Shown here one piece after another: positions 26,558 through 37,800 of a DNA stretch of 61,618 nt. The DNA is taken from positions 1 through 61,618 of IMG/VR virus record IMGVR_UViG_3300002179_000003. The stretch is one strand, 5' to 3'. The DNA comes from a virus. Its lineage: Duplodnaviria; Caudoviricetes. The position numbers and the translations under genes were made by a program. The notes under the pieces were generated by a model. It ran no database searches, had not been told where the DNA came from, and saw nothing but the letters and a program-made list of their open reading frames with translations. Position 1 is the first letter of the stretch; each line of letters starts with the position of its first letter.

Positions 26558-28575
26558 GTATTGAATCCCTCATATCAGAAAACAAGAAACGACTATCAAT
26601 ACTTAATTCGTTCTACGATCCAATAACCGGAACCGGGTCGCCACTGGAAAGACAAAAAGTAGTATTTAATGACATTGAGAATAACCTGTATCTTCCAGTT
26701 GAAATGCTCAACCAAAGCAAATGGGTTCCAAAACTAACAGAATTCAGTTCCTTTTCTGATTTCGCAAACTTCAATAAAACAAAAGTTGAAGAGGTTCAGG
26801 AGATGTTCATGCACGAACGTTTCAGATATGACTTCGAATACTGGTCGGCAATCACAATTATTATTCAGGATAAGATTACCCTCAAAGAACTTCCGTTCAT
26901 CCTCCGAAAAGCTCAAACCAAACTATTGAAGGTTTTGGAGGCTATGCGATTAATGGGTGTTCCTATCCGGTTTATCCTACTTAAAGCCCGTCAGTGGGGA
27001 GGTTCAACGCTGGTTCAGTTTTACATGATGTGGATTCAACAGATACATAAACGAAACTGGCACCTTGCTGTTTGCGCCCAAGATGATGGAGCAGCCGGAA
27101 ATATCAGCGAAATGTACCGAAGGGCAGCGACTAACTACCCAAAAGAAGTAGGATCAATAACATTCAGGCCTTACGCACGAAGTCCTAAGAATATTGTGAA
27201 TAATGAACGTGGTGGAATTATTGGGGTAGGATCAATCAATAACCCAAATCAATTCCGTTCATATAATTACCCGTTGATCCATATTTCAGAGCCTGGTGTT
27301 TGGGAAGACACGCCAAAACGAACAGCGGCCAGACTTGTTTCTTCTCTCCGCTCAACGGTTCCACGTGTAGCTTATTCAATGATTGCAATTGAGAGTACGG
27401 CCAAAGGTGTAGGTAACTTCTTTCACGATGAATGGTTATCTGCCGTGGCCGGAACGTCTGGTTATGAAGCAGTATTTGTTCCATGGTTCGAAATTGATAT
27501 GTATCAAACTCCTATTAAGGATTCAGAATACAAGTATTTCATTGAAACAATGTCTGAGCATGATAAATTTTGTTGGGACAATGGAGCAACATTAGAAGGT
27601 ATTAAATGGTACAATGAATATCAAAAGGCTGAGAAGTACGAAGAAATTCAAATGTTTGAGGAATTCCCAACTACACCGGAAGAGGCTTTCGTCAGTACCG
27701 GTTCGCGGGTATTCCCTTATGCCTATATTTCCAATGCAAGGAAAACCGTTCGACCTCCTGAATTTGTTGGCGACATTTTTCCATCTTTGACTGCCAATAA
27801 GTCAGCCCTTGAAAACATTGAGTTCCATCCAAGCAAAGAAAAGATTGGAAACCTTCAGGTGTGGAAAATGCCTGAACCATATATTACACATCAGGGTAAA
27901 AAATGGTTCGTTACGAATCGTTATTGTGGGTTCGCTGATATTGGAGGGGTAAATGCCAAGGCCGACTACTCTTGTTTAAAGGTTATAGACCGTCTATGGA
28001 TGTTGTGGGGTGGGGTTCCTGAAACGGCTTGTATCTGGCACGGACATTTAGACCAAGATCTATTTTCTTGGAAGTGTGCTCAGATCGGAAAGTGGTATAA
28101 TAATATGCTTCTGGCAATCGAAGCAAACAGTTTGCGGAAAGAAAAATCGGATGGGGATTACTTTTTAACCGTTCTTGACAATATTGCGCCCCACTATGAT
28201 AATTTATTCATACGCAACAACCACGAGGCAATAAACACTGACTACATTCCAAAGTACGGATTCCAGACTGCAAGGGGAAATAAGGACATGATTATTACTG
28301 AACTAAATAGTGCCTTTCGTGGGGATGTAAATGGAATTCCACTTTACAATGAAAGAGACAAAGAGACCCTTGATGAATGCGACTGGTACGAGCGAAAGCC
28401 AGATGGAAGCGTTGGAAGCGTTATCGGAAAGAAAGATGATCGTGTCGTAATTAGTGCCGGATCTGTATGGTTGTCGAATAAATATATGGATATGCCCTGT
28501 CTAATTCCATACGTTGATAAAAATGATCGAAAAAAATCATACAATAAAACCATTGTTTCAGAAGCGAGTATGTAG
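26554..28575 (+). CDS. terL: Terminase large subunit
   Basis: Walker A-like 'LKARQWGGST', 'IHISE', coupling 'ESTAKG', nuclease 'ADIGG' and 'DDRV'. Confidence 0.9.
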   Translation: MSIESLISENKKRLSILNSFYDPITGTGSPLERQKVVFNDIENNLYLPVEMLNQSKWVPKLTEFSSFSDFANFNKTKVEEVQEMFMHERFRYDFEYWSAITIIIQDKITLKELPFILRKAQTKLLKVLEAMRLMGVPIRFILLKARQWGGSTLVQFYMMWIQQIHKRNWHLAVCAQDDGAAGNISEMYRRAATNYPKEVGSITFRPYARSPKNIVNNERGGIIGVGSINNPNQFRSYNYPLIHISEPGVWEDTPKRTAARLVSSLRSTVPRVAYSMIAIESTAKGVGNFFHDEWLSAVAGTSGYEAVFVPWFEIDMYQTPIKDSEYKYFIETMSEHDKFCWDNGATLEGIKWYNEYQKAEKYEEIQMFEEFPTTPEEAFVSTGSRVFPYAYISNARKTVRPPEFVGDIFPSLTANKSALENIEFHPSKEKIGNLQVWKMPEPYITHQGKKWFVTNRYCGFADIGGVNAKADYSCLKVIDRLWMLWGGVPETACIWHGHLDQDLFSWKCAQIGKWYNNMLLAIEANSLRKEKSDGDYFLTVLDNIAPHYDNLFIRNNHEAINTDYIPKYGFQTARGNKDMIITELNSAFRGDVNGIPLYNERDKETLDECDWYERKPDGSVGSVIGKKDDRVVISAGSVWLSNKYMDMPCLIPYVDKNDRKKSYNKTIVSEASM

Positions 28576-28583
28576 AATTTTAT

Positions 28584-28591
28584 TATATTTG
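28584..28591 (+). promoter_or_regulatory. -7 box TATATTTG
   Basis: Intergenic after terL, upstream of the small-gene cluster. Confidence 0.5.
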
Positions 28592-28616
28592 TATGTAATT
28601 ATTAAATAAATATCTA

Positions 28617-28907
28617 ATGATTAAAAAAGCCATATCCGGTCTCTGGACTTCAATCCTTCAATGGGTAATAAACCAAATTTCATCGGCAGTATTCTACTTT
28701 CAAAAACGCCAGGCTATTTCTCTTTGCCGTGAGTATCAATGTTGGTATTACGTCATTCAAAGCGGTTACTTTACTTGGACAATACTCAGGGTCGGTGCAA
28801 TGCAGGAATATAAAAAGAAAGGGGTTATAGCAAAGAATACAACGGCCAAAGAACTCCGGGAAATTGCAGCTTTTATCGCTAAACATACTAACTATCCTAA
28901 ACTATAA
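28617..28907 (+). CDS. Hypothetical protein
   Basis: ORF after promoter. Confidence 0.65.
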   Translation: MIKKAISGLWTSILQWVINQISSAVFYFQKRQAISLCREYQCWYYVIQSGYFTWTILRVGAMQEYKKKGVIAKNTTAKELREIAAFIAKHTNYPKL

Positions 28908-29056
28908 AACTATGCACGAAAGACCATTTTGGATAAGCATTAAAAAGTCAGAAACGTGTCTTTTTAGTAGGAGAATGGGTATTAAGGGGAAAATTATCTG
29001 TGGATATTCTGTTTGTATAAGATTATTTGGGAAGAACTTACTTTAAACTATAAATT

Positions 29057-29371
29057 ATGTGGACAAATATCGTTTTTGTAATAATTGCACTTCTTTTGTT
29101 TGTAATTGCTTATTTGCTTTTTAAGTTATCAGAATTGAAACACAAACAGGATAATTGTACTTATGTAGGTGAATACTCCATGGGAATAACTAGGTTCAAA
29201 ACACCTGATACGGACATTCGTGTCCTTCAGGTTTACGCCCGTGACGAACTCGCTATCGCACTTCAAAAAGACGGTTTAATCACCTATAAAATGAAAGAGA
29301 ACTATCGGGAAGATTTAAAGGAAACCGAAGTATGTGTAACAGCAAGTATTAACGTAAATAAAATCAAATGA
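29057..29371 (+). CDS. Membrane-anchored hypothetical protein
   Basis: N-terminal TM helix. Confidence 0.65.
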   Translation: MWTNIVFVIIALLLFVIAYLLFKLSELKHKQDNCTYVGEYSMGITRFKTPDTDIRVLQVYARDELAIALQKDGLITYKMKENYREDLKETEVCVTASINVNKIK

Positions 29372-29372
29372 T

Positions 29373-29873
29373 ATGGAAGCGAAATTAAAGTCAATCGAAG
29401 AAAAACTGGATATCATTATCGCTGCAATGTCGGTTAATCCTGATTTTGAAAAGTACGTCAAACAAGGATTACTGAATTTACACTTGACGAAGTTTGAAAA
29501 ACAGTTAAAGCAAAACGATTCTGATGTAATTGCAAAAAAAGCAAAATTCATTCTTGATAACCTTCAAATACATTCCTATCAATTTGATGTAATTCAGTCT
29601 GGATTAACTCGTTTTAACGTAAAAGGACTTGGTTCAAACCAAAATGCGCCGGAGTTTGCTAAAGAATTGATAGATAAGGCAGCAAGTCAATTGGAGTTGG
29701 TAAATTGGGATACTGATAAATGGTCATATAATGATTTTGTTGAGGATACTCTTTCAAAAGATGGGTTTTGTCAACTAACTAAAGCTAAATTAAACCTTAC
29801 GTTTGGAGAACCAATTGATATTCAGTCAGAACTTGAAAAAGAACGCTTAAAATGCTTGGAGGAAAATAAATGA
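29373..29873 (+). CDS. Hypothetical protein
   Basis: 166-aa coupled ORF. Confidence 0.7.
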   Translation: MEAKLKSIEEKLDIIIAAMSVNPDFEKYVKQGLLNLHLTKFEKQLKQNDSDVIAKKAKFILDNLQIHSYQFDVIQSGLTRFNVKGLGSNQNAPEFAKELIDKAASQLELVNWDTDKWSYNDFVEDTLSKDGFCQLTKAKLNLTFGEPIDIQSELEKERLKCLEENK

Positions 29874-30006
29874 TTTACGCAATCCTCTTTTTAGTCATTT
29901 GTATTGAATTTAGCTTTCATCCCAGACTTGACAAAACCTCTGATAATGATTTACTTTTGTGGTATAATTTAGCAGGTAGAAGACATTTTAAAAAAATATG
30001 TAGATT

Positions 30007-30633
30007 ATGAAAACACAAATTCACGAATTGAGAATCAGGCTGGATGGCTTGGCTCAATTAGTTAAATCCATTGGAAAACCATTTTTGATCATTGATGAAA
30101 GTGCAATTCCCGCAGGAAGGTCAATTGATGAAATTCTAGGTGAATGGGAAAATAGCAGAACTATAGTTCTTAAGCATACACAAATCATACCACCCGTTTT
30201 TTTTGATGGCTCGTGTTTAGGAGAATCCTATAAATCACTTTTGCTAGCTAAGGCATGGCTAGGGAAGGTATTGGCAGAACTTGGCGAAGAAACACCGTAC
30301 AAAAATGACGGTAGCCGGAAAATAGTTGAAGATATTGAGCCGACCGCGGATAAATCAACCGTTATTGATGCAATAACAAAGTTTCCTGAGATCACCAATA
30401 CCATTAACGGCTTTGACTGGCCAGAATCATCATATATTGAAAAGATTGATTGGCTGAGAGAAGAAATACAAAAGTGTTCCGGTTCGGTTTTTGACTTCAA
30501 AGAAAAATACCTGACATTCAAATCAATGTCATATCGGGGCAATATTGCTTCAACAAAATCTTTCGAACATCTAACTGAAGCCGGTTTCCATTTGGGTTTC
30601 GAACTCCAACGAATCAAAGAACAATCAAAATGA
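30007..30633 (+). CDS. Hypothetical protein
   Basis: 208 aa, 'AKAWLGKVLAELGEETPY'. Confidence 0.7.
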   Translation: MKTQIHELRIRLDGLAQLVKSIGKPFLIIDESAIPAGRSIDEILGEWENSRTIVLKHTQIIPPVFFDGSCLGESYKSLLLAKAWLGKVLAELGEETPYKNDGSRKIVEDIEPTADKSTVIDAITKFPEITNTINGFDWPESSYIEKIDWLREEIQKCSGSVFDFKEKYLTFKSMSYRGNIASTKSFEHLTEAGFHLGFELQRIKEQSK

Positions 30634-30789
30634 AAGTATCAATAACTCATAGAGGATCGTTGTTTATTGAATCAGAGAATTCAATGGAATCCTACGCACT
30701 TAAAAAATGGATTGAAGAAAACGGAGAAGAAGTTTTCAAATTTGCTATTACCATTGATAGAACTTGTGAATTAAACCCAAATAATCAAA

Positions 30790-31098
30790 ATGAAAAGAAC
30801 CTTTAAATCAGTATTTGCCGTTAACGGTACAAAAGAAGAACTTCAGTCTTTCGAAGAAGTACTGATAAGTCACGGAATAGAATCATCATCCGCAAATGAA
30901 GCTGCAAAGAACATGTTTAGGTGGGTAGTTGTTTATGCTGACTTCGTGGAGGCTGATAAGTCTGATCGTAGGACTACTTTTGCTTATAGATCGACATCTT
31001 GCAAACAAACATCACGACCAGCTATTATTAAGATGAAAACGGCCAAGAAAAGGTTGGAGTCAGGGTATTATTTTGGAGAAGGTAAATTTAAACGATAA
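30790..31098 (+). CDS. Hypothetical protein
   Basis: ORF with A-rich translation initiation region. Confidence 0.65.
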   Translation: MKRTFKSVFAVNGTKEELQSFEEVLISHGIESSSANEAAKNMFRWVVVYADFVEADKSDRRTTFAYRSTSCKQTSRPAIIKMKTAKKRLESGYYFGEGKFKR

Positions 31099-31195
31099 AG
31101 TAAAGGTGGATGGCTTTGTAGCTCCCAAGTTCGTAGCTAGGATATGGCACAGTAGGTTCGCTTTTATTTTTGTAATTCTGTTGTATCCTCTAATT

Positions 31196-31227
31196 AAAAA
31201 GCCCGATCATAGCGACCGGGCTTTTTT
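31196..31227. terminator. Bidirectional rho-independent terminator
   Basis: AAAAAGCCCG...CGGGCTTTTTT between convergent genes. Confidence 0.8.
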
Positions 31228-31262
31228 GAACCTAAACTAAATATATGAAAAAAAACCAATCT

Positions 31263-31847
31263 TTAGGTAAGTTTTACCTTCTTTAATTGGAATGCATAGT
31301 TTTTCATATTGCGAAGTGCCAAAGTGTACAATCCATCAAATTTTACTGCATCAGTATCCTTGCCCTGGGTGCTGAACCAATCTCGAAGGATATAAAACCT
31401 GACTGCTTTTAGAATATTTGCATCAACAGCTTTCAAATAGTTTTCATTGAATCCCGTCCGGTCAACAATCATAACCCAAGAACAGTTTTCCGTTACCGGG
31501 GTATCTGCCGTGTTCGTGTATGATTCGTTGTGTGCAATTGAATTTTCAATAGCCTTTGTATATTTCAGGAAATTCAGTAATACATCATAGACGGCATCTT
31601 CCATCAATCCAAGGTGAATGTCTCTTTCATCTTCGGTAATGGCGAAATCATCTACCATTGAGCCACCAGCAGCATCTTTATAATTTCTGGACTGGTACAT
31701 GCTTCTTAATGAAGAATCATCAAATACATCTTCTACAGGATAATAAAATGATATCCTTGCCGGTTGTGCGAGAACTCCCACTACTGGAGGTGTAGCACCC
31801 GGATTCGCTATAACCTCTTCTATTGCTGCTAATCTTTCGTAACTCAT
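31263..31847 (-). CDS. Putative head-completion/adaptor protein (paralog of 31859-32551)
   Basis: Downstream of the portal; aligns by eye with the neighbour. Confidence 0.55.
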   Translation of the reverse strand: MSYERLAAIEEVIANPGATPPVVGVLAQPARISFYYPVEDVFDDSSLRSMYQSRNYKDAAGGSMVDDFAITEDERDIHLGLMEDAVYDVLLNFLKYTKAIENSIAHNESYTNTADTPVTENCSWVMIVDRTGFNENYLKAVDANILKAVRFYILRDWFSTQGKDTDAVKFDGLYTLALRNMKNYAFQLKKVKLT

Positions 31848-31858
31848 GACTTTAATTT

Positions 31859-32551
31859 TTAAAATGTTCGTATTTTTCTACTTATTGATCTTCTGTAATT
31901 TATAATCCGTCCAAGTTCGTTCGATACCTCTTCGAATTCTAGCATGATTAAATCGAGAGAATATCTCTGTCTTTTGAACCATTCTTTTATGACATACATG
32001 GTAATAAACTCCTTGATCTTGTCATCCAATGTCCATCCATTATTTTTATCAAATCCAACAGGAAGTTGTAAATAGTAAAAAATGTACTTTATGGTTGAAT
32101 CATTATCCAACTGCCAGTCTGTGCCATCAAAATAAACAATATCATCTACAGCTACGTCCAAGTTTCCGGTTGTTAAATTTCCGGCCTCGGTTATCTTGTA
32201 GTGAAGGTTTAACTCAGGAGAAACAATGCCGTTTAAAATATCCAAAGTTTTTGAGGGTAAACTGTTCCATCCCCATGAACGCTGAAAATCTGGTTCTACT
32301 TCTCCCCAATAAATGTTTGCCTCCCTGTTTTGGAATACCTGCAACTTTTCAAATGCCTTTGATACACCACGTTTAAGCAATAAATCAAAGAATTGTTTAT
32401 CGTTTTCAGTCAGTGAGTGTTTATCAAGGGTTGTTATTCCGGCCTGATCTACATCCTGATCGCTTCGGTACATTGATTCAATACTCGATAAATCGAAAAA
32501 ATCCTCAATGTTGTAATAAATAAATATTTCGGGTAAAACAGGAATTGTCAT
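31859..32551 (-). CDS. Putative head-completion/adaptor protein
   Basis: 'YYNIEDFFDLSSIESMYRS' vs 'YYPVEDVFDDSSLRSMYQS'; 'YVIKEWF' vs 'YILRDWF'. Confidence 0.55.
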   Translation of the reverse strand: MTIPVLPEIFIYYNIEDFFDLSSIESMYRSDQDVDQAGITTLDKHSLTENDKQFFDLLLKRGVSKAFEKLQVFQNREANIYWGEVEPDFQRSWGWNSLPSKTLDILNGIVSPELNLHYKITEAGNLTTGNLDVAVDDIVYFDGTDWQLDNDSTIKYIFYYLQLPVGFDKNNGWTLDDKIKEFITMYVIKEWFKRQRYSLDLIMLEFEEVSNELGRIINYRRSISRKIRTF

Positions 32552-32646
32552 GTTTTTATAAATTTGAGTTAAAATTACATTTTATCACTTTTAAGCAAAT
32601 TCTATTTATTATCACTTTTTAAATAAATACAAAGAATTAAATATTG

Positions 32647-32677
32647 TTTGGAGTTGTGCTTTATTTATATATCTTTG
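32647..32677 (+). promoter_or_regulatory. Consensus Bacteroidota promoter TTTG-N19-TATCTTTG
   Basis: TTTG 32647-32650; TATCTTTG 32670-32677; no plus-strand ORF follows. Confidence 0.65.
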
Positions 32678-32682
32678 CAAGT

Positions 32683-32751
32683 GTCAAAAAGGTGGTGCTT
32701 TGGGGGTGCTGGTCTTTTGTGCCAGTGTCTATTAAGGTGCTGGCATTTTTT
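32683..32751 (+). ncRNA. Candidate small RNA of about 70 nt
   Basis: Bounded by the promoter above and a G:U-containing hairpin (32720-32745) plus T6. Confidence 0.4.
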
Positions 32752-32753
32752 AT

Positions 32754-34802
32754 TTAATTCAATTGATCCTGACCCTTCATAAACTTATTCAGTCTATCCA
32801 TTGTTTGAGGATTTGCTTTTGAAGCATCTGCTCCTTGGCTTTGTAGTTGTTGTCCAATCTGTGCCATCATGTTTGGATCTTGCATATTTGGAACTCCACC
32901 GCCAGTCAATGCCTGTTGTTTCTTCTGTTGAAGGATATTTAAAAGATCATCAGAGAAAGGAAGTGAACTAACCCTTAGATATGTTTCAAAATCAATAAGT
33001 TGAGCTGTTACAAATTCCTTTAAGTTTTCTTCGATTATTCCACGGTAAATTGGACTGTCTGGACTTCTACCCATGGCCATTTCAAATTCAACGTCCTGAG
33101 CCTTTACAGGATCAAATGTGAGAGTTTCTTCATTATAAAGACTACCTGCCAGTGCCAATTGTCTTTCTTCGTCATAGTACTGGACCTGTAGTTTAAGCAT
33201 CTTCCAGTCACGTTCTCTACGTGCTGCGTTATATGCCTCAAAGTAGTCTTTAGAATTTAAAGTACTGTTTTGAGTTTCCTGAGCATATAGGCTTGACGGC
33301 GTTCCGGCACCTGATTTTTGACCCTGTATAGCACTTGATACGCCTGAAATTTCAGACATAAATCTCAACTGAAGGGAAAGTAGTTCGTTGATACCTACCC
33401 CTGAAGAATTGGCCGATACCTGTTGTGGTAATGTTGCGCCTGGTTTAAGTTTAATCTTAATGACCCCGTTAAACTTCGTCCATTCATCGGATATCCTGTT
33501 AATATCGAAATCATCTGAAATAGAATCTTCGGGCACCAACAAAACACCCTTAGCACTTGACCCAATAATGAAGTCAAGAAGTGTTACCAGACGGTTAACG
33601 TACCGCTGTTGGTCGATAATGTCCTCAACGAATCCCCAAACTTCACCATCCACAAGAGGATAAAGCAGAAATGTATAGGGATGTTCTTTATGGTCGTATG
33701 GTGTTTCCTGTTCGTGAAGTACAAATCCCTGCCATGTAAGATATTTCACATACCAGAATTTTTGATAGTTTTTTGTATAAGTAATAAGTGGTACCAGTCT
33801 GGGATTCATACCCTGTGCGGCTGCATCGCTCAACCGCTGCATATTTTCATTATCAATGGTCTGTTTACTGTTCACATCGGCAATATAGTATTTTGCATTT
33901 TGCCAGTCGTGACAACGAAGTCTCCACCCGCATTTTCGTTCCCATATTTCAAATACCCGGCCTTTATCTGGTTCAATTGGAATATAAAAATCAAGTTGTT
34001 CAGAGAAATGAGAATTAAGTGATTCTCCTGAACTTCCGCTTACAATAGAGGTCTCCATTACATCGGCATACATATCCATTATCTTCTGAGCCTGAACTTC
34101 ATCATTTGAGAAAGCAGCTACAATATCCTTGACATACATATCATGGAATTCGCCACAAAAATCAAGATCGGTAAGCCTGATATCCTTTAAGTTTGGAGTA
34201 AAGAACATTTGGGTAACTGATCTGTTTTCAAGCCAGACATCTTCGCGTTGAAATTTATCAATGAACCGGTATGAGTTTTTCCATATTGCCGAACCCGACA
34301 AAAGGAACTCTTCAAAGTTTCTGGTGTCAAGTTCCCTGGCACGGTTGATCTGTAAACCATACTGAACGGTATTGGTCAACATTTCACCAGCAGCAGCATC
34401 GCTTCTCCTGCGTGCAATAACTGACGTTTTTGTGGTATCTGTTAGGTATTGACCAATCAGGTTCTTAATAAGTTGCCTTATCTGGTTCTGTTTAAGTGGA
34501 ACCTTACCGTGTGACTTAATCAAATCTTCCTCGGTAACGTAACTGCTTGTGTCAGGATCAAACACTTTGTCACCCCATTGGTCGCCACGGTAATACTTTC
34601 GGTTGCGCTCTCTTCTGTCCCGGAAGTCTTTTAAAGCATTCCAGTAGTTCTTTGCCCTTTCAAGCAATAACACATTTTCAGAAGTGGCGTTATCGCTTAA
34701 CCTAAGCGCACTGGCTGATCTTCTTTCCTGATCGGGTTCTTGTCCGTTACCTATCGTATCAAGGTTGAATACTGAATAGTCAATATTTTTGTAAGTGTCC
34801 AT
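32754..34802 (-). CDS. Portal protein (podovirus/P22-like)
   Basis: 682 aa; 'YYRGDQW', 'NQIRQLIKNLIGQ', 'VEDIIDQQRYVNR', 'EISGVSSAIQG'; Gln-rich tail. Confidence 0.85.
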   Translation of the reverse strand: MDTYKNIDYSVFNLDTIGNGQEPDQERRSASALRLSDNATSENVLLLERAKNYWNALKDFRDRRERNRKYYRGDQWGDKVFDPDTSSYVTEEDLIKSHGKVPLKQNQIRQLIKNLIGQYLTDTTKTSVIARRRSDAAAGEMLTNTVQYGLQINRARELDTRNFEEFLLSGSAIWKNSYRFIDKFQREDVWLENRSVTQMFFTPNLKDIRLTDLDFCGEFHDMYVKDIVAAFSNDEVQAQKIMDMYADVMETSIVSGSSGESLNSHFSEQLDFYIPIEPDKGRVFEIWERKCGWRLRCHDWQNAKYYIADVNSKQTIDNENMQRLSDAAAQGMNPRLVPLITYTKNYQKFWYVKYLTWQGFVLHEQETPYDHKEHPYTFLLYPLVDGEVWGFVEDIIDQQRYVNRLVTLLDFIIGSSAKGVLLVPEDSISDDFDINRISDEWTKFNGVIKIKLKPGATLPQQVSANSSGVGINELLSLQLRFMSEISGVSSAIQGQKSGAGTPSSLYAQETQNSTLNSKDYFEAYNAARRERDWKMLKLQVQYYDEERQLALAGSLYNEETLTFDPVKAQDVEFEMAMGRSPDSPIYRGIIEENLKEFVTAQLIDFETYLRVSSLPFSDDLLNILQQKKQQALTGGGVPNMQDPNMMAQIGQQLQSQGADASKANPQTMDRLNKFMKGQDQLN

Positions 34803-34806
34803 ATCG

Positions 34807-37800
34807 TTAGTATTTTAAATCTTTTTCAAGAGTATTAATTATTTCATCCATTTGTTTTATTGATTCTTCATTTGGATTTTTGTCTTCAACATTATATGCT
34901 TTGTCAATTAATATAGGAGCAATTAATTTCTTTTCTGTTGGCGTAGATATTTTATAAATGGTAAACAATTCTGTTGCGGTCAGGCTTTTAACACTTCTTT
35001 CAATTGGTGTCAGTTGAGCATCATCCCATATTTTATTGGCCTCCGCATCAGTGATCGTGTTATTTTCAACGGCACTATCTAATACTGTTTCGTCTTTTGT
35101 CTTTATATACTGGTTTCGAATATCAGATTTTAATTTTGAATGGTCTGCCTGTTCTTTGGTTCTTCCTCCTATTGGAAGTTTTGCCCTGATAATTTCACTT
35201 ATTTTCTTTTCTGCATCTGTCATATTTAGGTCAAATGGAGCAGGAACAATCCCAATAAAAGGAAGTATTTTATCTGCCAATTTATCTGAATTATTTTTCT
35301 GGGCGTTTCTTATTCCAAATGGGACCAGTTGTTGACCCAGATAATTGAATATTTCTTTGGTTTTTTCAATAGTACTGTCATCTTCATTGAAAACTTTTGT
35401 TCCATAATAATCTTTATTCGTTATCATTTGAGCAACAATCCCATTAACAGGAGATAGTTTATTTTTTAATGTATTTAAGGCACCCGAAGGGAAATCATTA
35501 CTATAATGATAAAGATCTTTCACATATGATGGCATTGACACTCTTGTAGCATCTCCGTTTTTATCAGTACCTCCATCTTTCGGGAAAAAATAATCTCTTG
35601 GTTCTTCCGGGCGACGTCCGGTTCGTAGATACATGAATATTGCACTTGAAATAGCGGTTGTAATAACCAGTCCGATCATATACGCCAATTTATGTGTCTG
35701 GTCTGAGGTTTTGCCTTTCATCGCGCTGAAAATAATATCAACAGCCTCTTTAGGTGCGCCTCCAATTTCCCGGAATGTTCCAAGGTTCCATCCTACCGAC
35801 CGAACGGAAGCCATTGCAATATCTTTTGTTATATGATTCCAGAAAAGATTATCATACACAAGTTGTCCCATTCTGTTATCTACACTATTCCATGACTTTT
35901 GCAGTCTGGTTCTTCTGGCTTCGAATGTTGAGTTGGGATATATTTTCATATCATACCTTGCCATGTCAAGGAATACTCCTAGTTTTTGCCGTGGTACAAT
36001 GTATTCTAAGATAGGCTTTGATGCTAATTCGAGTAACTGCAATGGTATTTCCAAACCTGCTTTGATAAATTTACGGTTCCTGATGTTTTCCCTGATACGG
36101 TCATGCCATCCTTCACGGTAAAAATCATCCATCTTTGCCCGGCCTCCGGATTCTGCCATTAGGTCTGCGATCATTTTCATTTCTTCAGTTCCACCTTCTC
36201 CAAACCATGCTTTTCTTAATTGAATACCACCTAAAATATTTGATACAGGAGCAATAGGAGCCATCGTAAAGTGAGCGAATGCTTCTGCTAATTTACCATG
36301 ATAAAGATACTCCCATCCTAATGCCTGTTTTGAGATACTGGCATCCATAGAAGTAAATCCAAGGTGAAAAGCAGATAGTCCTAACTGAAATTGAGTAACA
36401 GCATTACCAAGTCCACGGTAAAGATCGTAAGCACCATTACCACGAAGTCCTTTTGAAAGGAAATTATTTAATATCCTTGCTGAGTTTTCTTCAGCAAAGT
36501 AATGACCAAGCAATTCTAGCATGTGGGTATCCGGGTTCATGTGCATTACCGTACCAACTTTATCATCAATCGAAACAAACCCTTCGGGTCTGGTTTGTCC
36601 AAGTCTTACAAACTTCACATATCCGGCCTCTTTAAGCTCATTGATTGTGCGATGCGCCATGATGTACCGTTCCATTTCCCTGATCTTCATTAATTCAAGG
36701 GTTACAGGATTCCATGAAACGGGTATTAAGCCTTTTTCTACACCATCTCTGGTATAAGTTATTGTCCTTTGTTTAAGGAATGATTTTGAGCCTTCAAATG
36801 GTCTTCTGGCTATTCCTCCAAATAAACTTGCGGCTTTCTTTTTATCTTCCCAGTAGTGAGGAAAATAATTCTCAATAAAAGTTTCAAGTTTGCCTGTGCC
36901 CAGTTCGCGAACCCTGTCTCTTGTTTCGTCAATGTGTTTTCGCAAAGCATCTGCATATCCTTGAAGTTCCGGGTTTGTTTGAGGTTCTCCAAGTTCCATT
37001 TTATTAATGAAGTCTAAGTTTTCCTCATTAGTCATTTTATCAAAGCGTTTTTTGGCTTGCTTTAATTGAACTACTGCCTTATCAATATCTCGTTGCATTT
37101 TACCTAAGTTGCTTCTCATTGACTCAGCACCTAGTTTCCCTCCTGCACCTTTTGTGTATGGAGTCATTGTATTTTGAAGCGAATTAGCGAACCCTTTAAT
37201 TGTTTCTGCCGTTTCAGTTACACCAGGTATAAACGTTGCATTTTCCAGTGACTTTCTTTTCATGAAGTCCATCATCGTTTCATCAGGCTTTTTCTTTCCG
37301 TACTCTGCTTCGGGTTCGTTGACAGAATTATTGTATGATTGATCAAATCCTAATTCATAAGATAAAATATCTTCTATATTCTCATAGGTATCAGTCAATC
37401 CATTTTCCTCAACCACCCATTCGTTAATCATCGCATTATACCCAGATTTTTTTTGTGGGGTTCTTTCGGTAATGAACGATAATGTTTTTTCGTCGCTGTT
37501 GTTTTGGCGATTAGCTGAATGATTTGAAACTCTAATTTCAACATCGTTACCATTAGCGTCTTCAACTGTAAAATAATTAGAACTGGACCCTTCGAGAAGT
37601 GTTCTTATTTTATTTGAATAATTTTTTATTATATCCTCTGATTTTCGGTACTCTACTTGTGGTTCATTAAGAATGTTATTATCTTCAGGTGAGAAGTTAC
37701 CGTTGTTCCCGCTTATGGCTGTACTTAAATCACTCTCAAACTTCCATGCGTTATCTTCGGTAAGTTCATAATCTTTTTGGGCGTTTCTCCCCTTCAGGTA

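Noticed and set aside
31099-31170. Possible tRNA or structured RNA (contains GGTTCG)
   Set aside because: I could not build a cloverleaf; only weak G:U-rich pairing. Needs Infernal or tRNAscan.
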